64,000 nt of DNA from an uncultured delta proteobacterium (GTDB lineage Bacteria; Desulfobacterota; Binatia; UBA9968), in the NCBI GenBank assembly GCA_963771465.1, contig CAVYTU010000015.1, positions 672,001-736,000 on the forward strand, written 5' to 3'. Made by a program: the position numbers and the translations under genes. Positions 42,958 to 56,319 of the stretch are shown one piece after another. The notes beneath the pieces are model-generated. The model did no database searches. It worked only from the letters and a program-made list of their open reading frames with translations, and was not told the origin of the DNA. How positions within the stretch are numbered: the first letter of the stretch is position 1; every line of letters starts with the position of its first letter.

Positions 42958-44163
42958 TCAGCCAACGCGTTTTTGCAGCCGCGCTTTCTTAGCTTTGTAA
43001 ACCGGCGAAATCTCTCTCAGCCGGCGCACTTCTTCAACGACGCGATGAATCGTGAAGTCGATCTCTTCCTCGGTATTGAAACGGCCCAAACCGAAACGAA
43101 TCGCGCTGTAAGCCAGCTCGTCGGCCAGACCGATCGCCTTTAATACGTAGGACGGCTCCAAGCTTGCCGACGTGCACGCGGAACCGGTCGATACAGCGAT
43201 CTCTTTCAAGCCCATGAGCAGCGACTCGCCTTCGATATCGGCGAAGCTCATGTTTAAGTTGCCCGCCAGCCGCTCGACCGCATGGCCATTGAGGTAAACC
43301 TCATCGAGCTCGGCGACAATGCCGTCTTTCAGCCGTTCCCGAAGCGCGATCAGCCGCTCGCCTTCCGCGCTCATTTCTCTTTGGGCAATCTCGCAGGCCT
43401 TGCCCAAACCGACGATGCCGGGGACGTTTAACGTGCCGGAGCGCATGCCGCGCTCATGACCGCCGCCGTCGATGAGCGGCGTGAGCTTGACTCGCGGCTT
43501 GGTCGAGCGCACGTAGAGCGCGCCGACGCCCTTGGGCCCGTACATTTTGTGCGCGGTCAGCGACAACAGATCGATGCCCATGGTCTCGACGTTGAGCGGA
43601 ATCTTACCGACGCCTTGGGTAGCGTCAGTGTGAAACAAAATATTTTTCTCTTCCGCCAGCCGGCCGATCTCTTTAACCGGGTTGATCGTGCCGATCTCGT
43701 TGTTCGCCGCCATGAGAGAAATAAGAATCGTCCTGTCGGTCAGCGCTTCTTTGAGCTGCTGCACATCGATCAGACCGTCCGAGCGAACCGGCAGATAGGT
43801 TACGTCAAAGCCATGCTTCTGCAAAACTTTGCAGCTGTCCAAGACCGCTTTATGCTCGGTCACACAGGTGACGATGTGATTACCTTTCTCCCGGTAAGCA
43901 TCGGCAACGCCTTTGATCGCCAGATTGTCCGACTCCGTCGCACCGCTGGTAATGACGATCTCTTTTGCCGCCGCGCCGATCAGTTTGGCGATCTGCTCGC
44001 GCGCCGTATCGACAGCTGACTCCGCTTCCCAGCCGAACGGGTGGCTTTTGCTCGCCGCATTGCCAAAGCGCTCGGTGAAATAGGGCAACATCGCTTCCAA
44101 CACCCGTGGATCGACGGGTGTGGTAGCGTGATTGTCCAAATATATCGGTGTCTGAACGGTCAT
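42958..44163 (-). CDS. iscS: Cysteine desulfurase IscS
   Basis: Motifs [43 protein letters not shown] and [16 protein letters not shown]. Confidence 0.93.
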   Translation of the reverse strand: MTVQTPIYLDNHATTPVDPRVLEAMLPYFTERFGNAASKSHPFGWEAESAVDTAREQIAKLIGAAAKEIVITSGATESDNLAIKGVADAYREKGNHIVTCVTEHKAVLDSCKVLQKHGFDVTYLPVRSDGLIDVQQLKEALTDRTILISLMAANNEIGTINPVKEIGRLAEEKNILFHTDATQGVGKIPLNVETMGIDLLSLTAHKMYGPKGVGALYVRSTKPRVKLTPLIDGGGHERGMRSGTLNVPGIVGLGKACEIAQREMSAEGERLIALRERLKDGIVAELDEVYLNGHAVERLAGNLNMSFADIEGESLLMGLKEIAVSTGSACTSASLEPSYVLKAIGLADELAYSAIRFGLGRFNTEEEIDFTIHRVVEEVRRLREISPVYKAKKARLQKRVG

Positions 44164-44180
44164 GGGAGCCTACGCTTTAG

Positions 44181-44205
44181 ATTACAGACCTTATTGGTCT
44201 GATAT
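44181..44205. promoter_or_regulatory. IscR type-1-like Rrf2 operator
   Basis: 25-bp imperfect palindrome ATTACAGACCTTATTGGTCTGATAT. GAC-N7-GTC and the terminal TAT are placed as in the IscR type-1 motif. Confidence 0.7.
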
Positions 44206-44206
44206 C

Positions 44207-44235
44207 AAAGTAACCAAGACCCAGGCGGGAGTCAA
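44207..44235 (-). promoter_or_regulatory. Sigma70-type promoter of the Fe-S operon
   Basis: Minus strand TTGACT-N17-TACTTT, immediately upstream of the operator. Confidence 0.6.
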
Positions 44236-44279
44236 TAGCTAATTTAATCGGCGTAACAGACTGGAATATAAAAAGAATT

Positions 44280-46811
44280 CTAAACGGCGACCTTGCTCAA
44301 TGCCGCTTTCAAATAGGCTCCGGTCGCTGACCGGCTTACCCCTGCGACCTCGGTCGGCGTCCCCCAAGCGATCAACTCGCCGCCTTTTGCTCCGCCTTCA
44401 GGGCCGAGATCGATGACATGGTCGGCGCATTTAATTACGTCGAGATTGTGCTCGACGATGATCATGGTGTTGCCTAAATCGGTTAGACGGTTGAGCAGCT
44501 CGAGAAGTTGCTTGACGTCATCGAAGTGGAGTCCGGTCGTCGGCTCATCGAGAATGTAGAGCGATCTGCCGCTTGAGCGGCGCGCTAGCTCGCGGGCGAG
44601 CTTGACCCGTTGGGCTTCGCCGCCGGAAAGCGTCGTCGCCGATTGGCCCAGGCATAAATAACCCAAGCCGACATCGCGCAGGGTGCGCAGCCGATCGTGT
44701 ATCGGCGGCACCGCATTGAGCAGCTCCAACGCTTGATTGACGGTCAAATCCAAAACATCGGCGATGCTCAATCCCTTGTACTTAACTGCGAGTGTCTCGC
44801 GGTTATAGCGCCGGCCACGGCACGCTTCGCAAGTGACAAACATCTCGGGCAGAAAATGCATCTCCACGCGAGTCACACCGTCGCCGCCGCAGGCCTCGCA
44901 GCGCCCGCCATTGAGGTTGAATGAAAAGCGCTCCGCCTTGTAACCACGCACGCGGGCTTCCGGCAATTCGGCAAAAAGCGCGCGCAAGTGATCGTAAAGG
45001 CCGACATAGGTCGCGGCATTGGAACGCGGCGTGCGGCCAATGGACGACTGGTCGACGGCGATCAGTCGATCGAAGTTTTTCCAGCCGGTGATCTGCGCGG
45101 CGGCGGAATTTTTCGTCCCCGCGCGCTGCAGCCGCTGGTTAATGCCGTGGTAAAGCACTTCCATCACTAACGTGCTTTTGCCCGCTCCCGACACGCCGGT
45201 GACGCAGGTCATGGCGCCGATGGGGAATTCAACCGTGAGATTTTTTAAATTGCGCTGTCTGGCATTGGTAACGCGCAAAAATTCGCCGGTACCGCTGCGC
45301 CTCGACAACGCCGGCGAAATTTTCACAGCTCCGGATAGATAGCGTCCAGTGAGGGATACCGGATCGCGCGACAATTCTGCCGGGGTACCTTGGGCGATCA
45401 CTTCACCGCCGAGCACACCGGCAGCGGGCCCCATGTCGATGACGTAGTCCGCGGCGAGAATAGTTTCGGGATCATGCTCAATCACGAGCACGGAATTGCC
45501 ACCGTCGCGCAGGCGCTGGAGTAGCAAAATCAGCCGCGCATTATCCTTCTGATGGAGTCCGATGCTCGGCTCGTCGAGAATATAGAGCACGCCTGCCAAG
45601 CTGGAGCCAATTTGGGTTGCCAAACGCACGCGTTGCGCCTCGCCGCCAGAAAGCGTTGTCGAGGCGCGGTCCAAACTCAGATAGTCGAGCCCCAATTGCG
45701 CTAGACAAGTGAGCCGGCTGGTAATTTCCCCGGCGATCTTATGACCGACGGTCTTGCGCTGCTCGGCGAGTTCGAGCCCATCGAAGAACACCAAAAGCTC
45801 GGCGATCGATAGCGCAGCTAACCCGGCGATATTTTCGCCGCCGACACGAACCGAGAGACTTTCCCTTTTAAGCCGGCTGCCGTGGCAATCCGGGCAGGGC
45901 GTACTATTATTCGACCGATCGGCGCGCTTGGATTCCGCCGATTTAAAGCCCAAGCCGTTACACGTCGGGCACGCGCCCTGCGGGCTGTTGAAGGAAAACA
46001 AGTTAGGTGTCAATTCCGCCGCCACACTCCCGCACTGAATACAAACAAACTTCTGGGTAAAAATCATTTGGCGCGGCGCGGCAACTTCGTTCTCACCGAG
46101 AACTTCAATCTTGACCATCGCCTGGCCCGCGCGTGACGCGGTTTCCAAGGAATCCGCCAAGCGCCGCGAAATTCCTTCCCGCAAGACTAATCGATCAACC
46201 ACCAGATCGAGTTCCCGGGCGGCGCGCACGGCTGCGGGAATGTCGCCCCCGAGTTCGTGCATTTGACCGTCGACGATGACGCGCGCGAATCCCTGGCGCG
46301 TCAGCTCCTGGAGAACTTTGCCGGCATCTTCGCTCTGGGGAAATCGCAGCGGCGCCAAGACGAGGATGCGGCTTTGCATGGGCAGCGCCATCAGCTGATC
46401 GACGATTTGTTCGATGCTGTGAGCCGTGATCGCATGGCCGCAGTCGGAACAGAATAGTTCGCCGACGCGGGCAAACAACAGCCGCAAATAATCGTAGATG
46501 TCGGTCATCGTGCCGACGGTGGAACGAGGATTGGCAAGCCCAGTTTTTTGCTGAATCGCGATGGCCGGCGAAAGTCCATCGATCAAATCGACGTCGGGTT
46601 TAGCCATTTGCTTGAGCAATTGGCGCGCATCGGCGCCGAGGGATTCGAGATAGCGCCGCTGCCCTTCGGCGTAAAGTAAATCGAAGGCGAGTGAGGATTT
46701 ACCCGAACCGGAGACGCCGGTGATGACGACTAGTTGATCGCGGGGAATCTCCAGATCGATGTTCTTGAGATTGTGAACCCGCGCGCCCTTGATGACGATC
46801 TTGCCCGCCAT
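44280..46811 (-). CDS. uvrA: Excinuclease ABC subunit A-like protein (843 aa, no insertion domain)
   Basis: GARVHNLKN, two Walker A motifs (GVSGSGKS, GVSGAGKS), two LSGGEAQR signatures and Zn-finger Cys pairs. Confidence 0.92.
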   Translation of the reverse strand: MAGKIVIKGARVHNLKNIDLEIPRDQLVVITGVSGSGKSSLAFDLLYAEGQRRYLESLGADARQLLKQMAKPDVDLIDGLSPAIAIQQKTGLANPRSTVGTMTDIYDYLRLLFARVGELFCSDCGHAITAHSIEQIVDQLMALPMQSRILVLAPLRFPQSEDAGKVLQELTRQGFARVIVDGQMHELGGDIPAAVRAARELDLVVDRLVLREGISRRLADSLETASRAGQAMVKIEVLGENEVAAPRQMIFTQKFVCIQCGSVAAELTPNLFSFNSPQGACPTCNGLGFKSAESKRADRSNNSTPCPDCHGSRLKRESLSVRVGGENIAGLAALSIAELLVFFDGLELAEQRKTVGHKIAGEITSRLTCLAQLGLDYLSLDRASTTLSGGEAQRVRLATQIGSSLAGVLYILDEPSIGLHQKDNARLILLLQRLRDGGNSVLVIEHDPETILAADYVIDMGPAAGVLGGEVIAQGTPAELSRDPVSLTGRYLSGAVKISPALSRRSGTGEFLRVTNARQRNLKNLTVEFPIGAMTCVTGVSGAGKSTLVMEVLYHGINQRLQRAGTKNSAAAQITGWKNFDRLIAVDQSSIGRTPRSNAATYVGLYDHLRALFAELPEARVRGYKAERFSFNLNGGRCEACGGDGVTRVEMHFLPEMFVTCEACRGRRYNRETLAVKYKGLSIADVLDLTVNQALELLNAVPPIHDRLRTLRDVGLGYLCLGQSATTLSGGEAQRVKLARELARRSSGRSLYILDEPTTGLHFDDVKQLLELLNRLTDLGNTMIIVEHNLDVIKCADHVIDLGPEGGAKGGELIAWGTPTEVAGVSRSATGAYLKAALSKVAV

Positions 46812-46899
46812 CGCGAAAGCTATTCTGAATTCTTCATGAGGAAAACTGATGACACTCTGTCGATCGAGGGGTGATCCTGTATCCTCGCTGACGCTCGGA

Positions 46900-46962
46900 A
46901 TTTCAAATCGCAAATTTCAGATTTCATATTTGGAATTCTAAATTTGCCATTTGCAATCCCGA
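46900..46962. repeat. Degenerate 7-bp tandem repeat array (9 units)
   Basis: ATTTCAA ATCGCAA ATTTCAG ATTTCAT ATTTGGA ATTCTAA ATTTGCC ATTTGCA ATCCCGA. Confidence 0.75.
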
Positions 46963-47025
46963 AGGGCTTGCCTTCGTTACGGAAGGGTTGCACCTCGATC
47001 TCGGTTTTACTGCGAATAATCCAGG

Positions 47026-48381
47026 CTATTGCGGTTCGAAATCTTTGAGCTTGTTCTCGATCAGCGCGCGATACTCTTTGAGCTTGGCGTCGGATTGCGC
47101 TTCGAAGCGCAGCACCAGCGCCGGTTGCGTGTTGGAGGCGCGAATCAGTCCCCACCCTTCGGCAAACTGCACGCGCACGCCGTCGACGTCAATGACATCG
47201 TAATGCCGGCGAAAATATTCAGTGGCGCGTGCTGCGATAATAAATTTTTTGTCGTCGGGACAATCGACGCGAATTTCCGGCGTCGACACGCTCTTTGGCA
47301 GGTCAGAAAGCAACGATGAAAGCGGCTTACCGGAGTTGGCGAGAATCTCCAGCAGTCGCAGCGAAGCATATATCGCGTCGTCGTAGCCGAAATAGCGCTC
47401 CTTAAAAAACATATGGCCGCTCATCTCGCCGGCCAAGAGCGCGTCGGTCTCTTTCATTTTAGCTTTCAGTAACGAATGGCCGGCTTTCCACATGATCGGC
47501 TTGCCACCGTGCTTGCGAATGTCATCGTATAAGCGCTGCGAACACTTAACTTCGGAGATAATCGTCGCGCCGGGATTGCGTTTGAGCACGTCGCGGGCAA
47601 ACAATACCAACAGCTCATCGCCCCAGAGAATCGTGCCCTTTTCGTCCACCGCGCCGATGCGGTCCGCGTCGCCGTCGTAGGCGATGCCGAGATCGGCTTT
47701 TTCTTTTTTCACCTTGTCGATTAGCATGGTCAAATTTTCCGGCACCGTCGGGTCGGGATGATGATACGGAAAGTTGCCGTCCGGCGTGCACGCAATCTCC
47801 CACACCTGACATCCCAGTTGGCGAAACATCGGCGGCGCCACAGGTCCGCCGACGCCGCTCCCGCCATCGACGACGACTTTCAGCGGGCGTGAAAGCTGCG
47901 GCACATCCGCGAGCAAGTGCTTGTGATAAGGCGGAATGATTTCGTAGCGTTCCACGGTGCCGCCGGATCTTTCCGTGAACACTTTGTGCTCCATCCGGGC
48001 GCGGATATCTTGGATCTGTTCGCCGTAGAGCGTATCTTTGCCCAGACAAATTTTAAATCCATTATATTCCGACGGATTGTGGCTCGCGGTGATTTCAATG
48101 CCGCCATCGACGTCGAGATGAAACAACGAAAAATAGAGCAGCGGCGTTGGGCAAATCCCGATATCGTAGACATGCAGGCCCGCGGCGACCATGCCCGCGA
48201 TCACCGCTTCGGCATAGGCATCTGACGTGGCACGCACATCCCGACCGACAGTGACCCGTTTGCCGCCCCGCGCCGCGATCGCCGTGCCGTGCACTTTGCC
48301 CAGCAGCAACGCGAAATCTTTGTCGAAATCGATTTCCGCCAAACCGCGGATGTCGTATTCGCGAAACACCGATGGGTTCAT
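47026..48381 (-). CDS. Phosphomannomutase/phosphoglucomutase (AlgC-like)
   Basis: Motifs FREYDIRG, TASHNP, DGDADR, GEMSGH and RASNT. Confidence 0.95.
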   Translation of the reverse strand: MNPSVFREYDIRGLAEIDFDKDFALLLGKVHGTAIAARGGKRVTVGRDVRATSDAYAEAVIAGMVAAGLHVYDIGICPTPLLYFSLFHLDVDGGIEITASHNPSEYNGFKICLGKDTLYGEQIQDIRARMEHKVFTERSGGTVERYEIIPPYHKHLLADVPQLSRPLKVVVDGGSGVGGPVAPPMFRQLGCQVWEIACTPDGNFPYHHPDPTVPENLTMLIDKVKKEKADLGIAYDGDADRIGAVDEKGTILWGDELLVLFARDVLKRNPGATIISEVKCSQRLYDDIRKHGGKPIMWKAGHSLLKAKMKETDALLAGEMSGHMFFKERYFGYDDAIYASLRLLEILANSGKPLSSLLSDLPKSVSTPEIRVDCPDDKKFIIAARATEYFRRHYDVIDVDGVRVQFAEGWGLIRASNTQPALVLRFEAQSDAKLKEYRALIENKLKDFEPQ

Positions 48382-48384
48382 AAC

Positions 48385-49407
48385 TTAGTTGCCCCGCCGC
48401 CGACTCTGCCGCGCCAAGCGCGCCGCTAAAAGAATCGCTTCTTTCATGCTGGTTTCATCCGCTTTGCCTTTGCCGGCGATGTCATACGCGGTGCCGTGAT
48501 CCACGGAGGTACGGATGAAGGGCGGCCCAAGAGTGAGCGCCACGCCGCCGTAAAAATGATGCAGCTTGAGCGGAATCAAACCTTGGTCGTGATACATGCA
48601 CACCACGGCGTCGTAATCGCCGCGCGCCGCATGATGAAACAAACTATCGGCTGGAAACGGACCGAATACACCGACGCCTTTTTTGCGCGCCGCTTTTACC
48701 GCCGGCGCGATGATCTCGATTTCCTCAGCGCCAAAGATGCCTTGCTCACCGCCGTGGGGATTGAGCGCGGCGACCGCGATGCGCGGCCGGGGGATGGCAA
48801 AATACTGTTTCAGACAGCGCTCGGCCAGCACCAGCGTGATTTGAATATTTTCGCGGGTCAAACTGCGCGGAACTTTTGACAGAGCGATGTGACCGGTCAC
48901 CGGCACGACCCTAAGTTTAGCGCCGATGAGCATCATGCGGGACTCCGGCGCGCGGCTCAGTTCGGCGAGCAATTCGGTATGACCGGGATAATCGTGCCCC
49001 GCGTCGATGAGGCTGTGCTTGCTGATCGGCGCCGTAGCGATGGCATCGGCGACCCGCGATAAAGCCAACTTGGCCGCCACGCGAATATAGCTAAACGCGC
49101 CATGGCCGGCGGCCTTGGAAGCGATCGCCGGTCGAGACTCCTTAACGCTCAACGTCGACAGGGAACACACGGTAAACGCGCGCGACTGATCGAGCATGGG
49201 TAACAACCGCTGCCCCGGTTGCCAACAGATGAGCTCGGGCGATTTTTTCAAGCGGCCGCGCGTTCGCTGTAGCACACCCCAATCGCCCAAGATCAGCGGT
49301 CGAGCCGCTTTCCTGATCGCCGGATCCGTCAATGCTTTGAGAATGATTTCCGGGCCGATGCCAACCGGATCGCCCATGGTAACCGCAATGATGGGTTCGC
49401 GAGACAT
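48385..49407 (-). CDS. pdxA: 4-hydroxythreonine-4-phosphate dehydrogenase
   Basis: Motifs TMGDPVGIGPE, GHTELLA, LNPH, MYHDQGL and RTSVDHGTA. Confidence 0.95.
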   Translation of the reverse strand: MSREPIIAVTMGDPVGIGPEIILKALTDPAIRKAARPLILGDWGVLQRTRGRLKKSPELICWQPGQRLLPMLDQSRAFTVCSLSTLSVKESRPAIASKAAGHGAFSYIRVAAKLALSRVADAIATAPISKHSLIDAGHDYPGHTELLAELSRAPESRMMLIGAKLRVVPVTGHIALSKVPRSLTRENIQITLVLAERCLKQYFAIPRPRIAVAALNPHGGEQGIFGAEEIEIIAPAVKAARKKGVGVFGPFPADSLFHHAARGDYDAVVCMYHDQGLIPLKLHHFYGGVALTLGPPFIRTSVDHGTAYDIAGKGKADETSMKEAILLAARLARQSRRRGN

Positions 49408-49474
49408 GACTATGAGAAAGCTTTATCAAAAGAGCTTGCTCATGATTGCTGCTGACAGTTTATCGAGCAAGCGA

Positions 49475-50842
49475 TCAGGGTTTTGTTGACGAGAACGGAT
49501 TGATCGAGTCGACGATCTTGGAAAAGACACCTTTTTCCGCCGGGGGAGCGGGCGGCGCGAAGATGTCGGGAGCATCTTGCACCGTATCGGTGGTAAAGAG
49601 CGGCATGCCGAAAACACTGACGACGCTCTTCCCGGTCATTGGCCCTTTCTGATCGTCCTCATCGAACGGAGTTTCTTTGACGATGTAAGAAAATGGATTG
49701 AGATAACTGAGCACACTGCGATCTTCCGACCGAATTGGCCGATTGGTCTTGGCCATTAGATTATTGAGCGTGCCGTCTTTGGAGGTTTCCGGCTTGAAAA
49801 CCACGCCTGCCACCTTGATATCGACCCGATGCTTTCGTCGCAAATCGCTTTTGAGCCAACTGGCGAAACGCTCTTCCAAGGACTTTTTGGTCAACTCATC
49901 TTTGATGCGGGGCGCCACGCTGGAGAGTGACAGCGTTGTGCCGGTGTCGCGCGCTTCGAGCTTGACGATATGCACTCCCATACTGGTGCGAAACGGTTCG
50001 CTCACCTGGCCAACGGACAGTTTTTGGAACGCGACATCTTCGAGGCCGGAAATTAACGAGCCGCGATTGACCCAGCCGATGTCACCACCCTGTGCGCGCC
50101 CGGCGCCTTCCGAATACTCACGCGCCAAACCGGCGAAGTCCTCGCCCCCGGCGATGATTTTTTGATACAGCTCTTTGCTTTTATCCATGGCGCCCTGCAC
50201 CTGCGCGGGGGGCGCGCTTTCCGGCACGGCCAAAAGAATGTGGCGGATGCGTGCCCGCTCGGGGCTGCGGTAGTTTTTGCTATTGAGTTTGTAGTAGCGT
50301 TCAACGTCTTCGTCGGTGATGTTGACCTTGCGGCGCACTTGCCGCTCGATGATCTCGGATTTTTCCATTTCCGCTTTAACGTTGGCCCGGTAGCTGGCCA
50401 TGGTCTGCCCTTCGCGGGTGAGCGCGGCATTGAGATCTTCATCGGACAGGCGGTTGGATTTTTTCACCTGTTCGATGTAGCGGCTGACTTCGTCTTCGCT
50501 GACGCCCAAACCGGCTTCGCGCACTTCGACTTCGAGCAACTTGTCAGTGATAAATTGTTCTAACACTTCGCGGTCGGCGCTATTGATCTGCTCCAAGCTG
50601 CCGCTTGGAAACCCGCGCGACATCTTTTCCTTGGCGTAACGGTTCAAGTTGGAGAGCGTGTAGGGTTCCCCGTTGATCACCACGAGAACCTGCTCGATCA
50701 CTCCGGCCGGAGTCAGGTTAGGCGCCGCCACCTGGAGCAACAACGATAGAAAACACGTGTGGAGGGTCTGCCAAATCCTAGATATTTCTCGCCCGTCACC
50801 AACGATCTGCATTGCCAAAATACTTACCACACCCAACACCAA
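49475..50842 (-). CDS. surA: SurA-like peptidylprolyl isomerase/chaperone (start uncertain)
   Basis: SurA N-domain and a parvulin domain (RHIL, FAGLAREYSE, GGDIGW, SEPFRT..GVHIVK). Sits in the mfd-surA-pdxA order. Confidence 0.85.
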   Translation of the reverse strand: MVLGVVSILAMQIVGDGREISRIWQTLHTCFLSLLLQVAAPNLTPAGVIEQVLVVINGEPYTLSNLNRYAKEKMSRGFPSGSLEQINSADREVLEQFITDKLLEVEVREAGLGVSEDEVSRYIEQVKKSNRLSDEDLNAALTREGQTMASYRANVKAEMEKSEIIERQVRRKVNITDEDVERYYKLNSKNYRSPERARIRHILLAVPESAPPAQVQGAMDKSKELYQKIIAGGEDFAGLAREYSEGAGRAQGGDIGWVNRGSLISGLEDVAFQKLSVGQVSEPFRTSMGVHIVKLEARDTGTTLSLSSVAPRIKDELTKKSLEERFASWLKSDLRRKHRVDIKVAGVVFKPETSKDGTLNNLMAKTNRPIRSEDRSVLSYLNPFSYIVKETPFDEDDQKGPMTGKSVVSVFGMPLFTTDTVQDAPDIFAPPAPPAEKGVFSKIVDSINPFSSTKP

Positions 50843-50940
50843 AATCCAACCCGATTCGCTGTCGTTTTACCGCATCGTTAAGCGTTCTCGGGTTGTGGTC
50901 TGATAGCCGTTCTCGGGCTGACGGCCATCGGTGGGGCTAC

Positions 50941-54488
<3,548 letters not shown>

Positions 54489-54492
<4 letters not shown>

Positions 54493-54857
54493 GAAAAAAA
54501 GCTGAAGTGCTGCAACTGAATTTTGGGGATCGTTGCCGTCGATGCCGCAGCATTGGCCGCTTCCGTGGCTTTGGCCCAAGCTTCGGCGCTTTGGCAAAGC
54601 TCTGCGACGCGGACTTGCAAGAACGCCGGCTGAAAATTTTCAAAGCGGATCAGCGCCTGGTAAATCATCCGCACCGACCCCTTCACTTCGCCAAAGTCGC
54701 TGTACATGCGAAACGCCGCGGCGAGCTGAATCAAACCTTCGAGAAACGGCTTATTCTCAGCTTCGGTATCCTGATAGAAATGTTCCAAGACTTCGTGGCT
54801 GGCAAAGAATTGCCGGTCGTTAAATAGACGTATACCCTCTCGCAGCCGAGCATCCAT
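54489..54857 (-). CDS. DUF309 domain protein
   Basis: Motifs GIRLFNDRQFFASHEVLE and GLIQLAAA. Confidence 0.88.
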
Positions 54858-54902
54858 AAGTTTACTTCAACGCTTTAACTTACCAACTTCCCGTCAGAGC
54901 CT

Positions 54903-54947
54903 CAACGGTTTGAACGATTTGAACTGCTTGAATGGATTGGATGGAAT
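54903..54947. repeat. Degenerate 9-bp tandem repeat (5 units)
   Basis: CAACGGTTT GAACGATTT GAACTGCTT GAATGGATT GGATGGAAT. Confidence 0.6.
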
Positions 54948-56185
54948 TAGTTTTCGTGCGGCCACAGCCGTTTATCGTAGTCGGCAACCCTCGGCACCGA
55001 CGCGAGCCAGATACAAATGTCGGAGAGCGCCAAAAGCAAAGTCGAGAGCGTGAATGAAACCGTATAGCTGCCGGTCCAATCATGAAACGCGCCGCCAAAA
55101 TACGAACCGAGCGCGCCGCCGACGCCCACCGCGACGGTCGAATAGCCGAGGATCGAGCCGAAGCCTTTGCCGGAAAAAATATCCGCCGTCAGCGCCGAGA
55201 AAATCACCGCGCGCGAGCCAAAGCCGATGCCGAAAAAGATTACGTACACGTAGAGCAGCCAAATCTGGCTGGGATCGCTGAGAATCATCAGCGCACCGAC
55301 GCCGACAACGGTCATGGCGACGTTCAGCGTGTAGGCCGCCGGCTTGGACAAACGATCGGCGATGAAACCGAAGATCACCCGGCCGAAACTGCTGGTGATC
55401 CCGGCCAGGCCGAAGATCGACGCCGACAGCAGTTTGCTGAACCCGATATCGACCACGTGGGCGACCTGATGCGTGACGATCACGGTGGTCCCGGACGCCG
55501 CGCCGATACGGGCGATGAAGAGCAGCCAAAATTGCAAGCTTTGCAGCGCTAGCTTGGCGGTCCATTGGTTGGCGTGGTCGACCTTCTGCGCGTGCTGACG
55601 CGGCTGATGTCCGTGCGGTCCATGGGAATAGGTAAACCAAACCACCGGCAACATGGCGATCAAAACAATCGCCGAATAAATCTCAAAGGTGCGCGACCAG
55701 CCGTAACTTGAAATCAGCCACTCGCTCAACGGCGCCAAGAGCATGATACCGACACCGCTGCCGGCGTAAACAATGCCGATGGCGGACGCGCGGTTGGACG
55801 AAAACCACTCCGAGATCAAAAAAATATGCGGCACCATGCCGGTGAAGGTAAATCCGGCGGCGAGCACGAGTCCAAAACAGATGTAGAGCTGCCACAGCGC
55901 GCTCACCCGGCTGCTTAAGAAAAGTCCTAACACCATCGCGGCGCAGCCGGCGGCGCAAATTTTTTTCGTGCCGTAGCGGTCGAGCAAATAGCCGGCGGCA
56001 GGCGACAGCAGTGCGTCCATCGTTAGCACGACGGAAAAGATTCCCGCGGTCGCGCCGCGGCTCCAACCGAAAGTGTCGAGCAGCGCGACATTGAACACGC
56101 CGAAGGAAGTATGCAGTCCGCGGGAAAAGCCGAGAACCCCGAAAGCGATACCTGCGATCAACCAAGGTGTCGGAGAAAAACGCAT
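54947..56185 (-). CDS. MFS transporter (OFA/MCT-like)
   Basis: About 12 TM segments, motif A GYLLDRYG and FGFIADRLS. Confidence 0.9.
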   Translation of the reverse strand: MRFSPTPWLIAGIAFGVLGFSRGLHTSFGVFNVALLDTFGWSRGATAGIFSVVLTMDALLSPAAGYLLDRYGTKKICAAGCAAMVLGLFLSSRVSALWQLYICFGLVLAAGFTFTGMVPHIFLISEWFSSNRASAIGIVYAGSGVGIMLLAPLSEWLISSYGWSRTFEIYSAIVLIAMLPVVWFTYSHGPHGHQPRQHAQKVDHANQWTAKLALQSLQFWLLFIARIGAASGTTVIVTHQVAHVVDIGFSKLLSASIFGLAGITSSFGRVIFGFIADRLSKPAAYTLNVAMTVVGVGALMILSDPSQIWLLYVYVIFFGIGFGSRAVIFSALTADIFSGKGFGSILGYSTVAVGVGGALGSYFGGAFHDWTGSYTVSFTLSTLLLALSDICIWLASVPRVADYDKRLWPHEN

Positions 56186-56319
56186 GAATAAAACCAGCTA
56201 CCGTGTTTAGCAGAGCGAGATGACGTCCACAATCACGCAGCTCGCCTTTACCGAAAAAACTGATTGATATATATAAAGTGTCGCCAACTGTAATAGCGTT
56301 CTCACCCAAGCGAGATGTC

